A stretch of 64,000 nucleotides of DNA, taken from the NCBI GenBank assembly GCA_000004985.1, contig GG738876.1, one strand, 5' to 3'. This document shows positions 11,601 through 22,919 of the stretch, one piece after another; position 1 is the first letter of the stretch; every line of letters begins with the position of its first letter. The notes below the pieces were generated by a model. It saw only the letters and a list, made by a program, of their open reading frames with translations, did not search any database and was not told the origin of the DNA. The DNA is from Naegleria gruberi. Lineage: Eukaryota. The position numbers and the translations under genes are program-made.

Positions 11601-14600
11601 TGTTAAATTTGCAAGCAGAATTTCTGAAAAATTCAATCAAGGAGAAATTACTTTTGGTTCTCTTATCAAGGATAATTTGATGCAACAATTAGAAGTTGAA
11701 TCTCTTCCTGCTGAAACTGTCAATGTTAAAGATTCTGTCAACGATAAGCCTGAATCAGCTGAATTCCAACTTCTCTATAACAATGCAATTATTGATTCTG
11801 CCACAAATATTGAAATTCCTCCAGCTGAAATTCCAGAGACTGTAACCATTGACTCTAAGGGAGCCAAGCCAAAGGGACATCCTAAGAAGGAAAAGCCTTC
11901 TCGTACCAGAAAGGATGAAAAGGCAACAACAGAAGAAGAATCAACAACAGATGAACCTTCTACACCTATTTCTCAAAATTATGTTATACCAACGGCTAAA
12001 TCTCTTGGTTTCACACCAGATCCTTGGCAAGAGAATATGATTTTATCAATTTTACAAAATAAGTCAATCCTGGTTAGTGCTCCAACCAGTTCTGGTAAGA
12101 CATTTATTGCATTCTTTGCCATGGAAAAGGTTTTGAGGGAATCTGATGATTCTATCATTGTTTATTGCTGTCCAACAAAGGCCTTGGTAAATCAAGCTTA
12201 TGCTGAAGTTTATAGTAGATTCCAAAAGGTTTACAACAATACTTCACCTTATGGTGTTTCCAGTATGTTGGGAATGTACACTGCTGACGAAAAGATTAAC
12301 GTAACTACATGTCAAGTACTCGTCACTGTTCCACAATCTTTAGAACATTTGATGACCAGTCCAGAAAATCTAGAATGGAAGAGAAGAATGAAGTACATCA
12401 TCCTCGACGAAATTCACTGTATCAACGAATCATCATCCAGTGGTCAAGTTTGGGAACATGTTTTGAGTCTTCTTGAATGTCCATTTATTGCCCTCAGTGC
12501 CTCTATTGGTAATCCAAAGGAATTCGCAGATTGGTTGAATGAAAATTACAACAAGGAAATTGTAAGCCACATCACTTACTTGAACGATCAACAACAAGGT
12601 GTAGACTTGGTTGTTCACGACGAAAGACCTCGTCCATTAGAATTCTATAACTATGATAGTTCTGCAGATAGATTCACCGAAATCCATCCAATGGCCACAC
12701 TTAATCCAAATTCTATTGATACTGTTTCTTTCTCATTGATTCAAAACTTCTCTCCTCTCCAATGTCTTACTCTTTTCAAGGTTGCTACAGCAATCAAAAC
12801 CTCATTCAAGGAGCAAGGAAAGCCAATCTCTACTGCTATTGAAAAATTCTTGGCTACTTTCAATCCAGATTCATACTTTAATAACTTTGGACTTTTCAAG
12901 AGACAACAATTCTCTAGTTATGGCAAGACTATGAAGGAAGAATTAATCAAACTCTCAACTGAAACTGAGAATCATGAATTCTTGTTAGGTATTATTAGAA
13001 CCTTGTTGAAGGATGTTAGTTTAAGTTTTGACAACATGGAAGGAGATTACAAGTCTCAACAATCAATTTCAGACAATGTTTCTGAATCGGATGCTGCTTC
13101 TACTACATCTAGTAAGGTTATTTCTAGACACAAGTTCGGTTCAGATGGTTGGTTGAAGGACAATATTATTCAATTGGTTACTAGATTGGCAGAAGAAAAG
13201 CTAACTCCTTCAATCTTCTTTAGCTTTGATAGAACTATGTGTGATTATTTACTCAAAAAGATTTCCACCCATCTCCGTACAGCCCGTGCCAATTCACAAC
13301 TTGGTAACTATTTCCATCTCTATTCATCTAGCTTGGAAAAGGTTAGATCTGAAAAGGAAATTCGTTACAGTTTACAAAGTATTGAACAATTCGGAACTAA
13401 AATTCCAATCGAACTTAAGGAAGGTTTAGAAGTTGGTGTTGCTGTCCATCACCACAGTTGCCCAAGTGAATATCTCACTGAAGTTGAAAGACTTTTCAGA
13501 TTGAGATGTTTACCTGTTGTCATTTCTACTTCTACTTTAGCTCTTGGTATTCACATGCCTTGTAAGACTGTAGTCATGGTTGGTCACTCAATTTACTTGA
13601 CCACGACAATGTTCCAACAATGTGCTGGTCGTTCTGGTCGTAGAGGTTACGATGTCAAGGGTAGAGTTGTTCTCTATGGTATTCCTCAAGTTACAGCCAA
13701 CAGATTGCTCTCTGGTGTTACTCCAAAGATCAAGGGTGCTATGGGTTTAAGAGCTAATTTCTTGTTAAAGATGCTTACTCTCCTCAATAGGGCTAAATCC
13801 GATGACACCAAATATCAAATTGTAGCTGACGATCTTTCTCGTTTGGTAAACAAGAAGATTTTCTATCTTGGACAAATTTTGGAAAATTCTGAACTCCAAA
13901 ACAAATTGTGCTTTAGATTTATTTTAGACTTTTTGAGAAGAAACAATTACATTCAAGAAGATGGTACTTTGGGAGAGTTCTCCTTGCTCGCCAATAGTCT
14001 TTTCTATTATGAACCAGCTAATTTCTTATTCATTCATTTGTTAAAGACTGGCGCCATCAACACTTATTTGCAAAAGTGGAAAGATGTTTTGGACGAATCA
14101 TCAATGAGACCTGAAGAAAAGGTTGAATTATTAGGTGAAAAATTATTAATCTTGTTGAACTTGCTTTTCGAAGCCAGAAAATTATCTCATTGGGATCTTT
14201 CTCCATACAAATTGGAAAATTATTATTCCAATGACACTTTGGAAATTATTACCAGTGGTAAGGCTGCTCTTAATAGCAAGACAGATATTTCCTCAGAAAA
14301 TGTCTTATCTCAATTGAATGACTACAATAGAATTGTTCTCAAGGAATTTGCAACATTTGTAGTATCTTATTGCAAGAATTATCAAAAGGAAACTGTTGAT
14401 AATGTTCTTCCATTATCTAATATTGCCTTCCCTCATGAAGAAAGCTATCTCGAACAACTTTATCAAGAATCCAGTCTCTGCAAGTCTCTCAATGAAAGTA
14501 AGCTCAAGTATTATGGTACTAGCAGCTTTGTTGCTATCAGTGGTAATGATGACATGTTTACTAGTGTTTCTCAATTACTCAATTGCCGTAATCAGAATGT

Positions 14601-15054
14601 AATTTTGGATGTATCATTGTTGCCATATCTTGACCTTGTAGAAAAGATTTCTCAAAAGGCTAGTTTGTCCCTCAGCTCATATGCTGTTGAATTCTTGAGA
14701 AATGGTCAAAAGAGACAAGTATCAACTGATTGCGACTTCCCTTCACTTTCTCTTTGCTTCAATTCTCTTAAGAATGTTGATAGAGTTTTAGGTCAAGCTC
14801 TTTACAATATCCATTTGTTCATGAATATTAAGAATGGTGCAAACAATGATTTATTCCTCTCTACTCTTACCAAATTACGTACCAGATTCCATGACCGTGT
14901 CACTGGAGGTAAGAAGACAAGAAAAAAGCTCAAGATGTTGAAGACTATCAATGTAGAAATGGACGATTTGGAAATGGTAAACTCCAAAGGAAAATTGAAA
15001 AATGTATCCAAATCTACAAAGAAAGACTCAGTAACCAAAGATCCATCACTGTAA
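8614..15054 (+). CDS. Large superfamily-2 DExH-box helicase, Ski2-like and DDX60-like (~2146 aa from ATG 8614; ORF open from 8527). It has a long N-terminal non-catalytic region plus a C-terminal helicase core.
   Basis: Helicase motifs: motif I LVSAPTSSGKTF, motif II ILDEIHCIN (DEIH), motif III SASIGN, motif VI QCAGRSGRRGYD. The N-terminus is acidic/low complexity with K/E-rich linkers. Confidence 0.85.
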   Translation: MEEEYQNSNQIEEEEEEETTEQILEEIAEGDDIDDDDELLQQSLLPTKKHHDISIQSLDQIKQIISFNQYDLIDAKGGLDLVIVNGDQLVAHFLRDSFGRNESNESLYRLDWLKHGGQLLHLTYLVETFVKNLLDRDMRIDIVFFEDIRTSQCIKSSFLLNLAYEIHQDLGISFQSLAYSFLVAKQAISSQLKKISENYSKSDVFTVTFLNDTWYKSSNWENLITKRKPSFIISTLAQNSIIDELFCTETVLVRQVILTYDLCFYGNTVIGFCSAVRDNMTNSYKLREVELFLEKNFSEERSENVFKLTSQIGLAAEKHFSEIKSNIEQIISKELSDSSLTKKVSVSSLTLSAIASIDSLSEQTTPNALALSKIFILTNIIQNIIPLKDRAQHIEDVSLDTSLISFQEKILTSLYHSLKQTNIEDNLYDLLDFRLFLKVLTILLSSGVAQKLENNSSDDHLLAELLPKELQNLFKSLVSLLTTSKSTKDASWWEKVLNPLVSKRSETEDYKPRHPECLLREILPLNQDVINGLVSGVNITLPHKSEKIITEQAPVKEEPKPEIVEEAQDGLEDWEKEDWLQEEQVEEVVEVKEEQEILTEEEAKELSFERCFPVREQEVNYSQKKDVEEQIPNDFSGPKSEWEKIKVQEAQKRLHRYSESMRALSDKKVIENAKSSGVVAEEVKPVEQTKGGKPAKPNKKEEKQATPAASAAPSTKVRLMMIESNTKKREKEINELTGKLSEYQQKFSEYNNKADELKEHGGKIEQYESLTKLLLEGIFKDIRLVQNIQATEGGSSANKKSASSSSESFTAATLLLEQRTTCENLWVQLSILRLQFMTRKLLLERQDLQTSLRRTQSSAPKKGVKFLSFDEEPSEDSKEKKDDKKKGALKEANPNAIPQIDNLSGGADLDLSLYWEPFELTNRIYEIVTQLINDSYISELSVATSASQEKDKKPTKAAAKKPAKGDKKGEKVKPISKIDLKDVIQTLINFMCDLGFVKFASRISEKFNQGEITFGSLIKDNLMQQLEVESLPAETVNVKDSVNDKPESAEFQLLYNNAIIDSATNIEIPPAEIPETVTIDSKGAKPKGHPKKEKPSRTRKDEKATTEEESTTDEPSTPISQNYVIPTAKSLGFTPDPWQENMILSILQNKSILVSAPTSSGKTFIAFFAMEKVLRESDDSIIVYCCPTKALVNQAYAEVYSRFQKVYNNTSPYGVSSMLGMYTADEKINVTTCQVLVTVPQSLEHLMTSPENLEWKRRMKYIILDEIHCINESSSSGQVWEHVLSLLECPFIALSASIGNPKEFADWLNENYNKEIVSHITYLNDQQQGVDLVVHDERPRPLEFYNYDSSADRFTEIHPMATLNPNSIDTVSFSLIQNFSPLQCLTLFKVATAIKTSFKEQGKPISTAIEKFLATFNPDSYFNNFGLFKRQQFSSYGKTMKEELIKLSTETENHEFLLGIIRTLLKDVSLSFDNMEGDYKSQQSISDNVSESDAASTTSSKVISRHKFGSDGWLKDNIIQLVTRLAEEKLTPSIFFSFDRTMCDYLLKKISTHLRTARANSQLGNYFHLYSSSLEKVRSEKEIRYSLQSIEQFGTKIPIELKEGLEVGVAVHHHSCPSEYLTEVERLFRLRCLPVVISTSTLALGIHMPCKTVVMVGHSIYLTTTMFQQCAGRSGRRGYDVKGRVVLYGIPQVTANRLLSGVTPKIKGAMGLRANFLLKMLTLLNRAKSDDTKYQIVADDLSRLVNKKIFYLGQILENSELQNKLCFRFILDFLRRNNYIQEDGTLGEFSLLANSLFYYEPANFLFIHLLKTGAINTYLQKWKDVLDESSMRPEEKVELLGEKLLILLNLLFEARKLSHWDLSPYKLENYYSNDTLEIITSGKAALNSKTDISSENVLSQLNDYNRIVLKEFATFVVSYCKNYQKETVDNVLPLSNIAFPHEESYLEQLYQESSLCKSLNESKLKYYGTSSFVAISGNDDMFTSVSQLLNCRNQNVILDVSLLPYLDLVEKISQKASLSLSSYAVEFLRNGQKRQVSTDCDFPSLSLCFNSLKNVDRVLGQALYNIHLFMNIKNGANNDLFLSTLTKLRTRFHDRVTGGKKTRKKLKMLKTINVEMDDLEMVNSKGKLKNVSKSTKKDSVTKDPSL

Positions 15055-15135
15055 ATGCTGGTTCAATAATAAATTTACATTTATTTTGTTTCAAAATTGT
15101 TCGAAAATATTTACACCTCTCTTTTGTGTTTTAAA

Positions 15136-17127
15136 TTATAATAAATAATTGGAAAAGTAATTATCTAAATCGTGAGCCAAAGTTTGAATGGAAGTTTCAA
15201 GATTTTGACCAGTTTTTGCACTACATTCGAAAAATTTGACTGCATCAATCCTGTCACAATCATCTACAGAAGAAATTGAATTTCCTGTTAGACTGTTATC
15301 CTCAAAACTTGCTGCAACATTGGTATTTGAAAGAGCCCCAAGATCATTCTTGAATGATTTCAATTCATTATTAGATTTGTCATCAAAAACATTAGCAACC
15401 TTTTGAGGTATGGTGGTTGGAGAAGGAGATGATGAGATGGCATTCAAAATACTTCTGTTCATAGCTCTTGCAAACTCAAGACCTTGAATAAAGTCAACAC
15501 TTCGTTCACAGTCAAGATCAGTCTTATTTCCAAGTAAAACAATTTTAACATGTGGTAGATAGTGGTTCTTAATTAATTGAGGAAGCACTTGAGTGTTCCA
15601 TAATTGCTTCAGCCTTTCAAAGCTAGAAACTGAATTGATAGAATAAACACAGATAATACATTGAATATCTTTCAAGTATTCTCTGAAAAGTGATTCTTCC
15701 TGATAACTACTGAATCCCATATCCCAAAATTGAAGTTGAATTTTGTGTTTGTTAGTGAACAAAATACTTCCTTGTGGACTTGTGGATGTCATGTGAGGAG
15801 AAGCTGCCGTCAAGCTATTAGCTTGTGTTTTTGCTGTATGATCAATAAATCTGGTTGTAAACTCCAAACCAACTGTTCTTCTTGTTGAACTAGAGAATGT
15901 ATTTCCTTCAAATCTTGACAGACATGAACTTTTACCAACTTCTCCATCTCCAATAAAAACAACTTTAAAAAGTAATGTTGTATCTGAGTCAACTTGATTC
16001 TTTGAATTTGATTTTGATGTTTTCACCTTATTCACTTTAGGCAAATTGTTTGGAATAGCAAACCAAGAATTTGTACCAGAGCTCAAATCCAAACTATTAG
16101 GTGGAAGTGTACTAGATTTTTCCTTTTGTGGATGCTTTCTAATAGTACCAGTTTCTTGTTGAATCTTGGCAAATTGTTGAACAGAATCCAATGATTCATC
16201 TTCATCAGAAATGTCCATATCTTCCTCTTCAGATTCATCAGATTCTTCCAATTTAACAATCAAGTTACTGGATGATGGCTTTTTAAAATCAGAGATTTGT
16301 TGTTTCTTTGAATCAATCACTGGCTTTTTTTCATTAAAACTCAACATTGAAGTGCTCGAAGTAACCTCTAAATGGCTTGGTTGTTGATATTCTGAGAGTG
16401 TCCTTCTTGATGCTCCTTGCTTTCTCTTCATTGACTCCATATGTTGTTTAATTTGTTGCTGTTGTAAACTTAATGTCAACAATGAAGGAGATGAAGGAAC
16501 ATGATGATGGTGATGTCCATGACTACTCGTACTATTGCTTGATACTAAAGACCCCAGTGCTGGATTAATTCCTTTCATAATACTAGAATATTTCACAGCT
16601 GATGAATAGGATGAATTAGCAAGGGATGATATTTTCAATGATTCTAAGTCACCATTCGTTGGATGATTTAGAGAAACATGATGATTGGATGGATGTTGAT
16701 CATCGGAATCATGTTCCATCTCAGCTGTATTGACAATATCCTCGTAATAATAGTAATTTGTTCTTGGACTATTACTTGGTGAATTTTCAAACGAAGCTGC
16801 TAATTCGTCTTGTCTTGACTTTGAAAACTTTCTGGTTAAACTCTTCTTTGAACGATTCTTCTTCTTTCTCTTTTGATTCTTCTTTGGAGAGGTCGGATCA
16901 TGATCCTCTTCAGAGCTACTATGTACGGAATGTTGATTCCGAAGACTTGATGTTACTGATGCTACAGTATTGCTATTGGTTTTTCCATGTAAACTAATGT
17001 TAATAGATTCTAGGGTTGTATTTTGTAAATTAGAGTTTGATATTGAATGACGTTCCTCATCATCCTCCAGTGGATGATTCGTATGATGATCATCTACAGT
17101 ATCAGCAGAAGAGCAACACAATCCCAT
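15136..17127 (-). CDS. Atypical Rab-like small GTPase (663 aa) with a long N-terminal Ser/His-rich low-complexity extension. Its N-terminal MGLCCSS motif is a candidate myristoylation/palmitoylation site and it has no C-terminal prenylation cysteines.
   Basis: G1 GDGEVGKS, Rab-type switch I TVGLEFTTRF, G4 GNKTD and G5 ECSAKTG are present. G3/switch II is degenerate (WDMGFSSYQEE instead of WDTAGQE). The C-terminus ends NYFSNYLL without a CC/CXC motif. True ATG at 17125..17127. Confidence 0.8.
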   Translation of the reverse strand: MGLCCSSADTVDDHHTNHPLEDDEERHSISNSNLQNTTLESINISLHGKTNSNTVASVTSSLRNQHSVHSSSEEDHDPTSPKKNQKRKKKNRSKKSLTRKFSKSRQDELAASFENSPSNSPRTNYYYYEDIVNTAEMEHDSDDQHPSNHHVSLNHPTNGDLESLKISSLANSSYSSAVKYSSIMKGINPALGSLVSSNSTSSHGHHHHHVPSSPSLLTLSLQQQQIKQHMESMKRKQGASRRTLSEYQQPSHLEVTSSTSMLSFNEKKPVIDSKKQQISDFKKPSSSNLIVKLEESDESEEEDMDISDEDESLDSVQQFAKIQQETGTIRKHPQKEKSSTLPPNSLDLSSGTNSWFAIPNNLPKVNKVKTSKSNSKNQVDSDTTLLFKVVFIGDGEVGKSSCLSRFEGNTFSSSTRRTVGLEFTTRFIDHTAKTQANSLTAASPHMTSTSPQGSILFTNKHKIQLQFWDMGFSSYQEESLFREYLKDIQCIICVYSINSVSSFERLKQLWNTQVLPQLIKNHYLPHVKIVLLGNKTDLDCERSVDFIQGLEFARAMNRSILNAISSSPSPTTIPQKVANVFDDKSNNELKSFKNDLGALSNTNVAASFEDNSLTGNSISSVDDCDRIDAVKFFECSAKTGQNLETSIQTLAHDLDNYFSNYLL

Positions 17128-18308
17128 TATAATGTTGTTGTTATTATATGATGATGATGATATTTAAATTACACTATATTCAAGAAGCTTAATTATTACT
17201 AATATTATTATTATTATTATACATATGAGTTATTGTTGTTAATGATTATATTATATACAAATTATTAATAATAATTTCAAAATATTGAGAGAAATTATTC
17301 TTCTTCTCTTTCAAATTGTTATGAAAATTCCAATCAATTTTTGGACCACCAACAAGTAAAACTACCACACGTGTTGATATATAATTGCAATAGGTCTCTC
17401 AAGAGTTTTCTAAAGCAAATAATAAATTGTGTCGTCGTCGTAACTTTTTGTATTTTCCACCGAGGTGCAACAAATAGGGAAACGTGTTGAAAAAGTAGGT
17501 TTTTTCCTTTGCAATTTGTTTCAAACAAATGGGTATCTTCTTTGAGAACAAATAAAGAAATATAACTGTAAATTGCAGAAGAGAAGCGACCACAAATAGA
17601 ATTGAAACAGTTGTGCAAGAGGAATGTTTGAAACAATGTGCAGTACACTGTAATGATGATACTGATCGGTTGCTGTTGGTCGATGATAATAAAAAACCAA
17701 ATCAAAATGAAGGTGTGATGCAATCAATAGTGGTCGTTGAGTGTCAAGTCAATCGGAGCTTCCTAGGCAGAGCTCCTTTATGCACTTTTTTTATTGTGAT
17801 TGGGGAAGTACTCCTTCCAATATGAATGTGAGAAATTAACGTGTAAATGCTCTTTTTAGTGAAGGAGCAAATCGGTATCTTATTGTGTGAATTAGTGAGA
17901 AATTGGAATTGAGGTAATAGATTTTAGCTGAATGAGTGATACGTGTCCATCCACACTTAATGTCTTCCAATTAGAAAGGCACTAAGAACATGAAATATTT
18001 CTTCTTCGGCCGATGCTACTCCTGAATTATTGCATCCTATCCTACTCCCAAAGTTCTTCCACCAATTAATAATATAAAATTAATACGCAACACCATGGCT
18101 TTAGGAATCTTAAATATGTTCATGGTATTTACAATGATTTTTGGATCCAGGATTTCGAAACTCGTACCGTATCATCATCACCATATTATTAATATTAATA
18201 TTGAAAATTACTAAATGGAAAATTATTAAAATTAATTTTGGCAATTTAAAAAAAATTTTCTCAACACTTGGATAGGAGAGGATTTTTTGTATTATTCGGA
18301 ACAATCAT

Positions 18309-19371
18309 TATGTTTGAAAATATTGATTCTGGTTTATTAACAGCTGGATTTCTTGCTGGTACAACCCTCTTGTTGGGTTATTTGATGGGTAAATCTGATG
18401 ATAATAGTAGTGAAATTAAGAAATCAATGACAAAGGAGGAAATTGAAGATATGCTTTCAAAAGCTACCAAGGAAATTGAATCCGGATTGGTTGGAGCTTC
18501 CGATAAAACAACACAAAAGTTGAATGCTCTCAAGCAACTTGTAAAATGTGTTTATGATCTTTATGATATTAGTTACACTGAAAGCTTACCAATTAATCAA
18601 GGAGTTGATTGTGAATGTGCATATGGTTTTAAACGTGAGGAATTTAAAGATCCACAAGACAAACTTGTTGGTAGAATTACACCACATAATTCATTATTAT
18701 TATTCTTAACAAATGTTCGTGCTACTGAATGGGAAGCAAATGCTGAAGAAACTCAATTCCCAATGATTGGTAAGGCAACAACTCTTTTAAAGAAGAAGAA
18801 GATAAAAATCAGTATTGCTGAAGCTTATGATGGAGAAAAGATTGAAGGAAATACATTTATCATGATACCTGAACAAATCAAATTTACAAATGTTGTAGAT
18901 GAAGTTGAATTGGAAAAGCTTGTAACATTTGCAATGAGTGGACAAACTAGCAGTGCAGAAGTTGATGTATCTAAAATAGAGAGAAATGTTAAACAAAGTA
19001 CTATTATGATTTGTTGTCACCATCAAAGAGATCAAAGATGTGGATATTGTGGACCAAGATTATATGAAGCTTTCCGTGATTTCTGTATTCAAAATCAAAT
19101 TGATATTGTTTTAAGAAGAGTTAACCATTTAGGAGGACACAAATATGCTGGAAACGTTGTCATTGTTTACCAAAATAAGAAAATGCAAAAATTACCATGG
19201 TTTGTTGATTGGTACGGATATGTAGATTTGAAGGATGTAGAAAGATTAATGTATGCCCATTTTGATTTCACAGAAAATCCTCAACCTTCATACAGAGTTG
19301 TTAAGGATTTATGGAAAGGTAGACCATCAATGAATAAGGATATGTTTGAAAAGTTTTTAATGATGCAATAG
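18309..19371 (+). CDS. Sucrase/ferredoxin-like (Apd1/Aim32 family) thioredoxin-like [2Fe-2S] protein with an N-terminal hydrophobic anchor
   Basis: Motif MICCHHQRDQRCGYCGPRLY...VNHLGGHKYAGNVVIVYQ matches the C-x-H...R-C-G...H-x-G-G-H-K-x-A-G-N signature of the Suc_Fer-like family. The ATG is at 18309; the track start at 18268 is a TTG. Confidence 0.7.
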
Positions 19372-19716
19372 GCCTAACTTTGTACAGTATTATCGAAAAT
19401 AAAAAGATTATTTATGACAACCATGCTTTGACGTTTAAATTTTGTCATTTGTCACCGATTGGCGCACTCAACAGAAAAAAATACACAACCTCACACACTT
19501 CTCCATTCATCAATATTTGCTACACTTTCTATTTCCTGTACATTATATCATATCAGTAACAATAGTATATTATTCCTAATAGTAGTAGTAGTCGAGAGTA
19601 GTGATCATCATCTCCATAACACAACTGCATCATCGTGACGACACGTTCACCACACTTTCATTATCAATAGATATATATAATTTATCAACACATCTTTACT
19701 CTTTATTAGCATCAAT

Positions 19717-22611
19717 ATGAGTTCAGCAGCGAGTAGAAAGAGACAAAAGATTTTCGAAGAAATTATTGAAACAGAAGAGGAATATGTTAACAATTTGGAA
19801 ATTCTTAGTGTAGTCTATGAGAAACCACTACAAGAAAAAGGAGAAGAAGTTGGTTGTTCCAAATCTCTTCATATTAAAGTATTCAATGATTTGGGTCCGA
19901 TTCGTAAGTTATTTCTTTCAGTGTTCGGTGTGTGCGAATTAGAATCCTTGTTTCGAATATGTAATTTTTTAAAATAATTATTGGAATAATGTTGTTTCGT
20001 TCACAGGTATTACAAATGGAAGATTATTGGCCGATTTGAAAAAGCTCATGGAAGAGGAAAAACAAACAGGAAAGAAACCAGAACAAACAATTGGTGAAAT
20101 CTTTTTGAGATATGCACCATTCATGAAGAGTTACACAACCTATTGTAATCAATATAATAATATTGCTACAGCATTGAGAGTTGCCAAGTAGGTATTTAAT
20201 TTTTTTCTTTATAGAAATACTAATCAATTATTTTTCCAGAAAGGAACATCCAGAATTGGATAAATTCTTAACATCTCAACAAAAGAGTGGATTGCATGGA
20301 GTCAATAATAGAGCACTCAATTCGTTCCTTATTTTACCAGTTCAGAGAATTCCAAGATACAAGATGCTTCTTTCAGAACTTTTATCAAAAACTTCTCAAT
20401 ATCACAAGGATTTTGCCTCTCTCACTGAGGCCTTAAAAGCAGTTTCAGATATTGCTGATTATGTCAATGAGAAAATTAGAGCATATGAGAGTGAGGAACG
20501 TCTCGTTTCTCTCTTTACTCTCTTTGAGGATGATATGAAAATGGATGGAATTGATGAAAAGGAACTTAAGGAAAAACATACTAGAAAATTCCAATGTGAA
20601 GTTTTGAAAAATGTAAAATTCTTTTCCTATTCGAAGCATTTGAAATTGCAAAAAGTCAACTTGTACTTGTTTAATGATTTAATTCTAGTCAGTATTCCTC
20701 CACCTCCAGTAGTTCCGTATGTATTTTCTCTAACTGTTAACATTATTCTAACATTCTAATTTATATAGACAAACCGATGAAAAGAAAAAGGTAAAGGAAG
20801 AAGAACCAGTTCAAGAAAAGTACTTGTGCAGAATTCATTTAGATTCATCACCATATCCTTGGCTTAGAGATATTGCAGATAAATTCATTCCTGAATTGTC
20901 TTTAGGTATGGGTTCATTTGGCTTTGATTCTCAAATGGCAAGAGTAAGAAACACACTCTCCACCCCAACAAGTCCAGCATATGGTGGAAGTGGTCATTTA
21001 TTATCAACTCCATCTACTGCATCAGTTGGTGGAATTCTCGTGGGAAGTCACACCTCCCTCGTTGTACCATCCAATGATAAGGATAGAAGAGCTAGCACAG
21101 ATTCTCTATCATCTACTAATTCATCATTTTCTATTTTTGATAATTTGGAAATTGTTGGTCTGAATAATGCATTCCAAGTAATTGCTCATGATGATGTCTA
21201 TGTATTTGATTTTCCAGATTTTGATATGAAGGTCAAGTACATTACACAAATAACTGATAATATTCACGAGTATGCAAAGAATGCAACTTCATTAGAGTAT
21301 GCCATTGTACACAACAGTGGACTCATTCCTTATCCATTCTATACTAATTTGTCCTATCTCACTCAAAAGTTAGCCAATGAGGAAAGGAGGAAGAGTAAGA
21401 GATCAAATTCTGGAGGTGCCAATAAGTTGAATCAAGATTCTCCAACTCTTCAATCATCCTCATCTCAACAAACTGAACCAAAGAAGAAGGGAGGATTTTT
21501 AAGATTTTTCAAGAGTAAGAAACATTTAGGTGGTGAAAATACAGAAAAAACCAAATATAATGATGTTGAATTGGATCCAAATGAGATTAATCCTGATGAA
21601 ATTCCAAAAGTATCATCATCAGATATTCCATCTGAATCTCGTCTCGAAGTAGTGAAGGGAAGAGATCTCGAAGAGAGATTCTACATTGCTCAAGCCATGA
21701 ATACATATAGACCTCACCGATTCTTCAATGGTAAAGGAGTTGGCCAAACAGATTCACAAGGTGTCATGTCATTCCATCGTGGAGATGTTTTGATTGTTTT
21801 TGAGAAACCAAATACTGATTTTGTTTTGGTCAAGAAGGCAGGTTTAAATAGTGATCCAGATAGAAAGCAAAAGATTTTAGAAAGTTACATTCCTAGAGAT
21901 TTTGAAACATTGAAAATCCTCATGAATACTCAAAGAAATCGTGAAGGAATCAATGCTGGAGATCCACCAGCAGTCAAACAATTGAGAAGAATCAAGCACA
22001 GTTTTATTCAAATCAGAGATTTAAATAATGAATTGTTAGAATACTACAGCTCCAGTTCTTCTAAAGATATGGCAGTCAATGTTAGAAACAGCACTTCGAC
22101 ACTCATTAACAATAATAAGGGAGATGATTTAATTCAAAAGATGGACTTGTTATCACTCTTTGAAGCAAGTGAACAAAAGAAAAAGACAACATCTTCATCT
22201 AATTTCGAAAAGGATCAAGTATTGAGTAAGGTCAGTGCCAGAAAATCCCTTTCATCCATTTTCGGAACCGATAGCACAAAGGGTTATGCCAATGATGAGG
22301 AAGAGAGTTTGTTCAGAAATTTGATCAATCTCTACGAAGAATGGAATGAAGTGGGTCTCGTTCCTGTTAAATATATTGAAGAATTCAAATCCACCTCAAC
22401 AAGCTCAAAACTTGCCAAATTAATTGAATGGAGAAATGAACAAGAAGACAGAAAGGTAAGAAACTTTGTCATTAAAAAGAAAAAACCAACCAAGGCCGTC
22501 GAAGTTGATGATTTGGGAATAAGCTGTAGTATTGCTGTTTCAGGCATTCCAAGAATTGATACTATTAATGAAAAGGAAGTTGCTGCCATTATCAAGAAAT
22601 CTAAGAAATAA
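19717..22611 (+). CDS. Rho guanine-nucleotide exchange factor with DH and PH-like domains and a long Ser-rich C-terminal region. 4 exons: 19717..19903, 20007..20187, 20240..20716, 20769..22611.
   Basis: DH motifs span the exon junctions: RKRQKIFEEIIETEEEYVNNLEIL...YEKPL in exon 1, IGEIFLRYAPFMKSYTTYCNQYN in exon 2, LILPVQRIPRYKMLLSELLSK in exon 3. Donors are GTAAGT, GTAGGT and GTATGT, acceptors are CACAG, TTCCAG and TATATAG. Phases are consistent and every exon length checks out. Confidence 0.8.
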
Positions 22612-22919
22612 AGTCTTAAGTTATATTGTCAATATATCAAGAAAAATACCAATGTTATGTATAACAATTAACACAGTTGAACTTACAAATATTTTTTAAT
22701 ATTTTTAGCTCATTCCTTAATGCAAATTAAGATTGTTAATTCCATTGAAGGATCTTCGTCCTACTTTATACACAAGCTTCCTTTCCAAAGCATAAATCTT
22801 CGCTTTACGGGAGCTGTAATTGTCGTCAAATAAATGCAAAATTCTCTTTTTTGAATTTCGGTCCAGACAACCTAAAAAAGCAGCCAATTCTACAAACCTC
22901 TCATATAGGCATTGGATCC

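Noticed and set aside
17640-17720. Box C/D snoRNA-like ATGATGA / CTGA / GATGA motifs in the 17.1-18.3 kb divergent promoter region
   Set aside because: There is no downstream D box at appropriate spacing and no terminal stem. The motifs occur at chance frequency in this AT-rich DNA.
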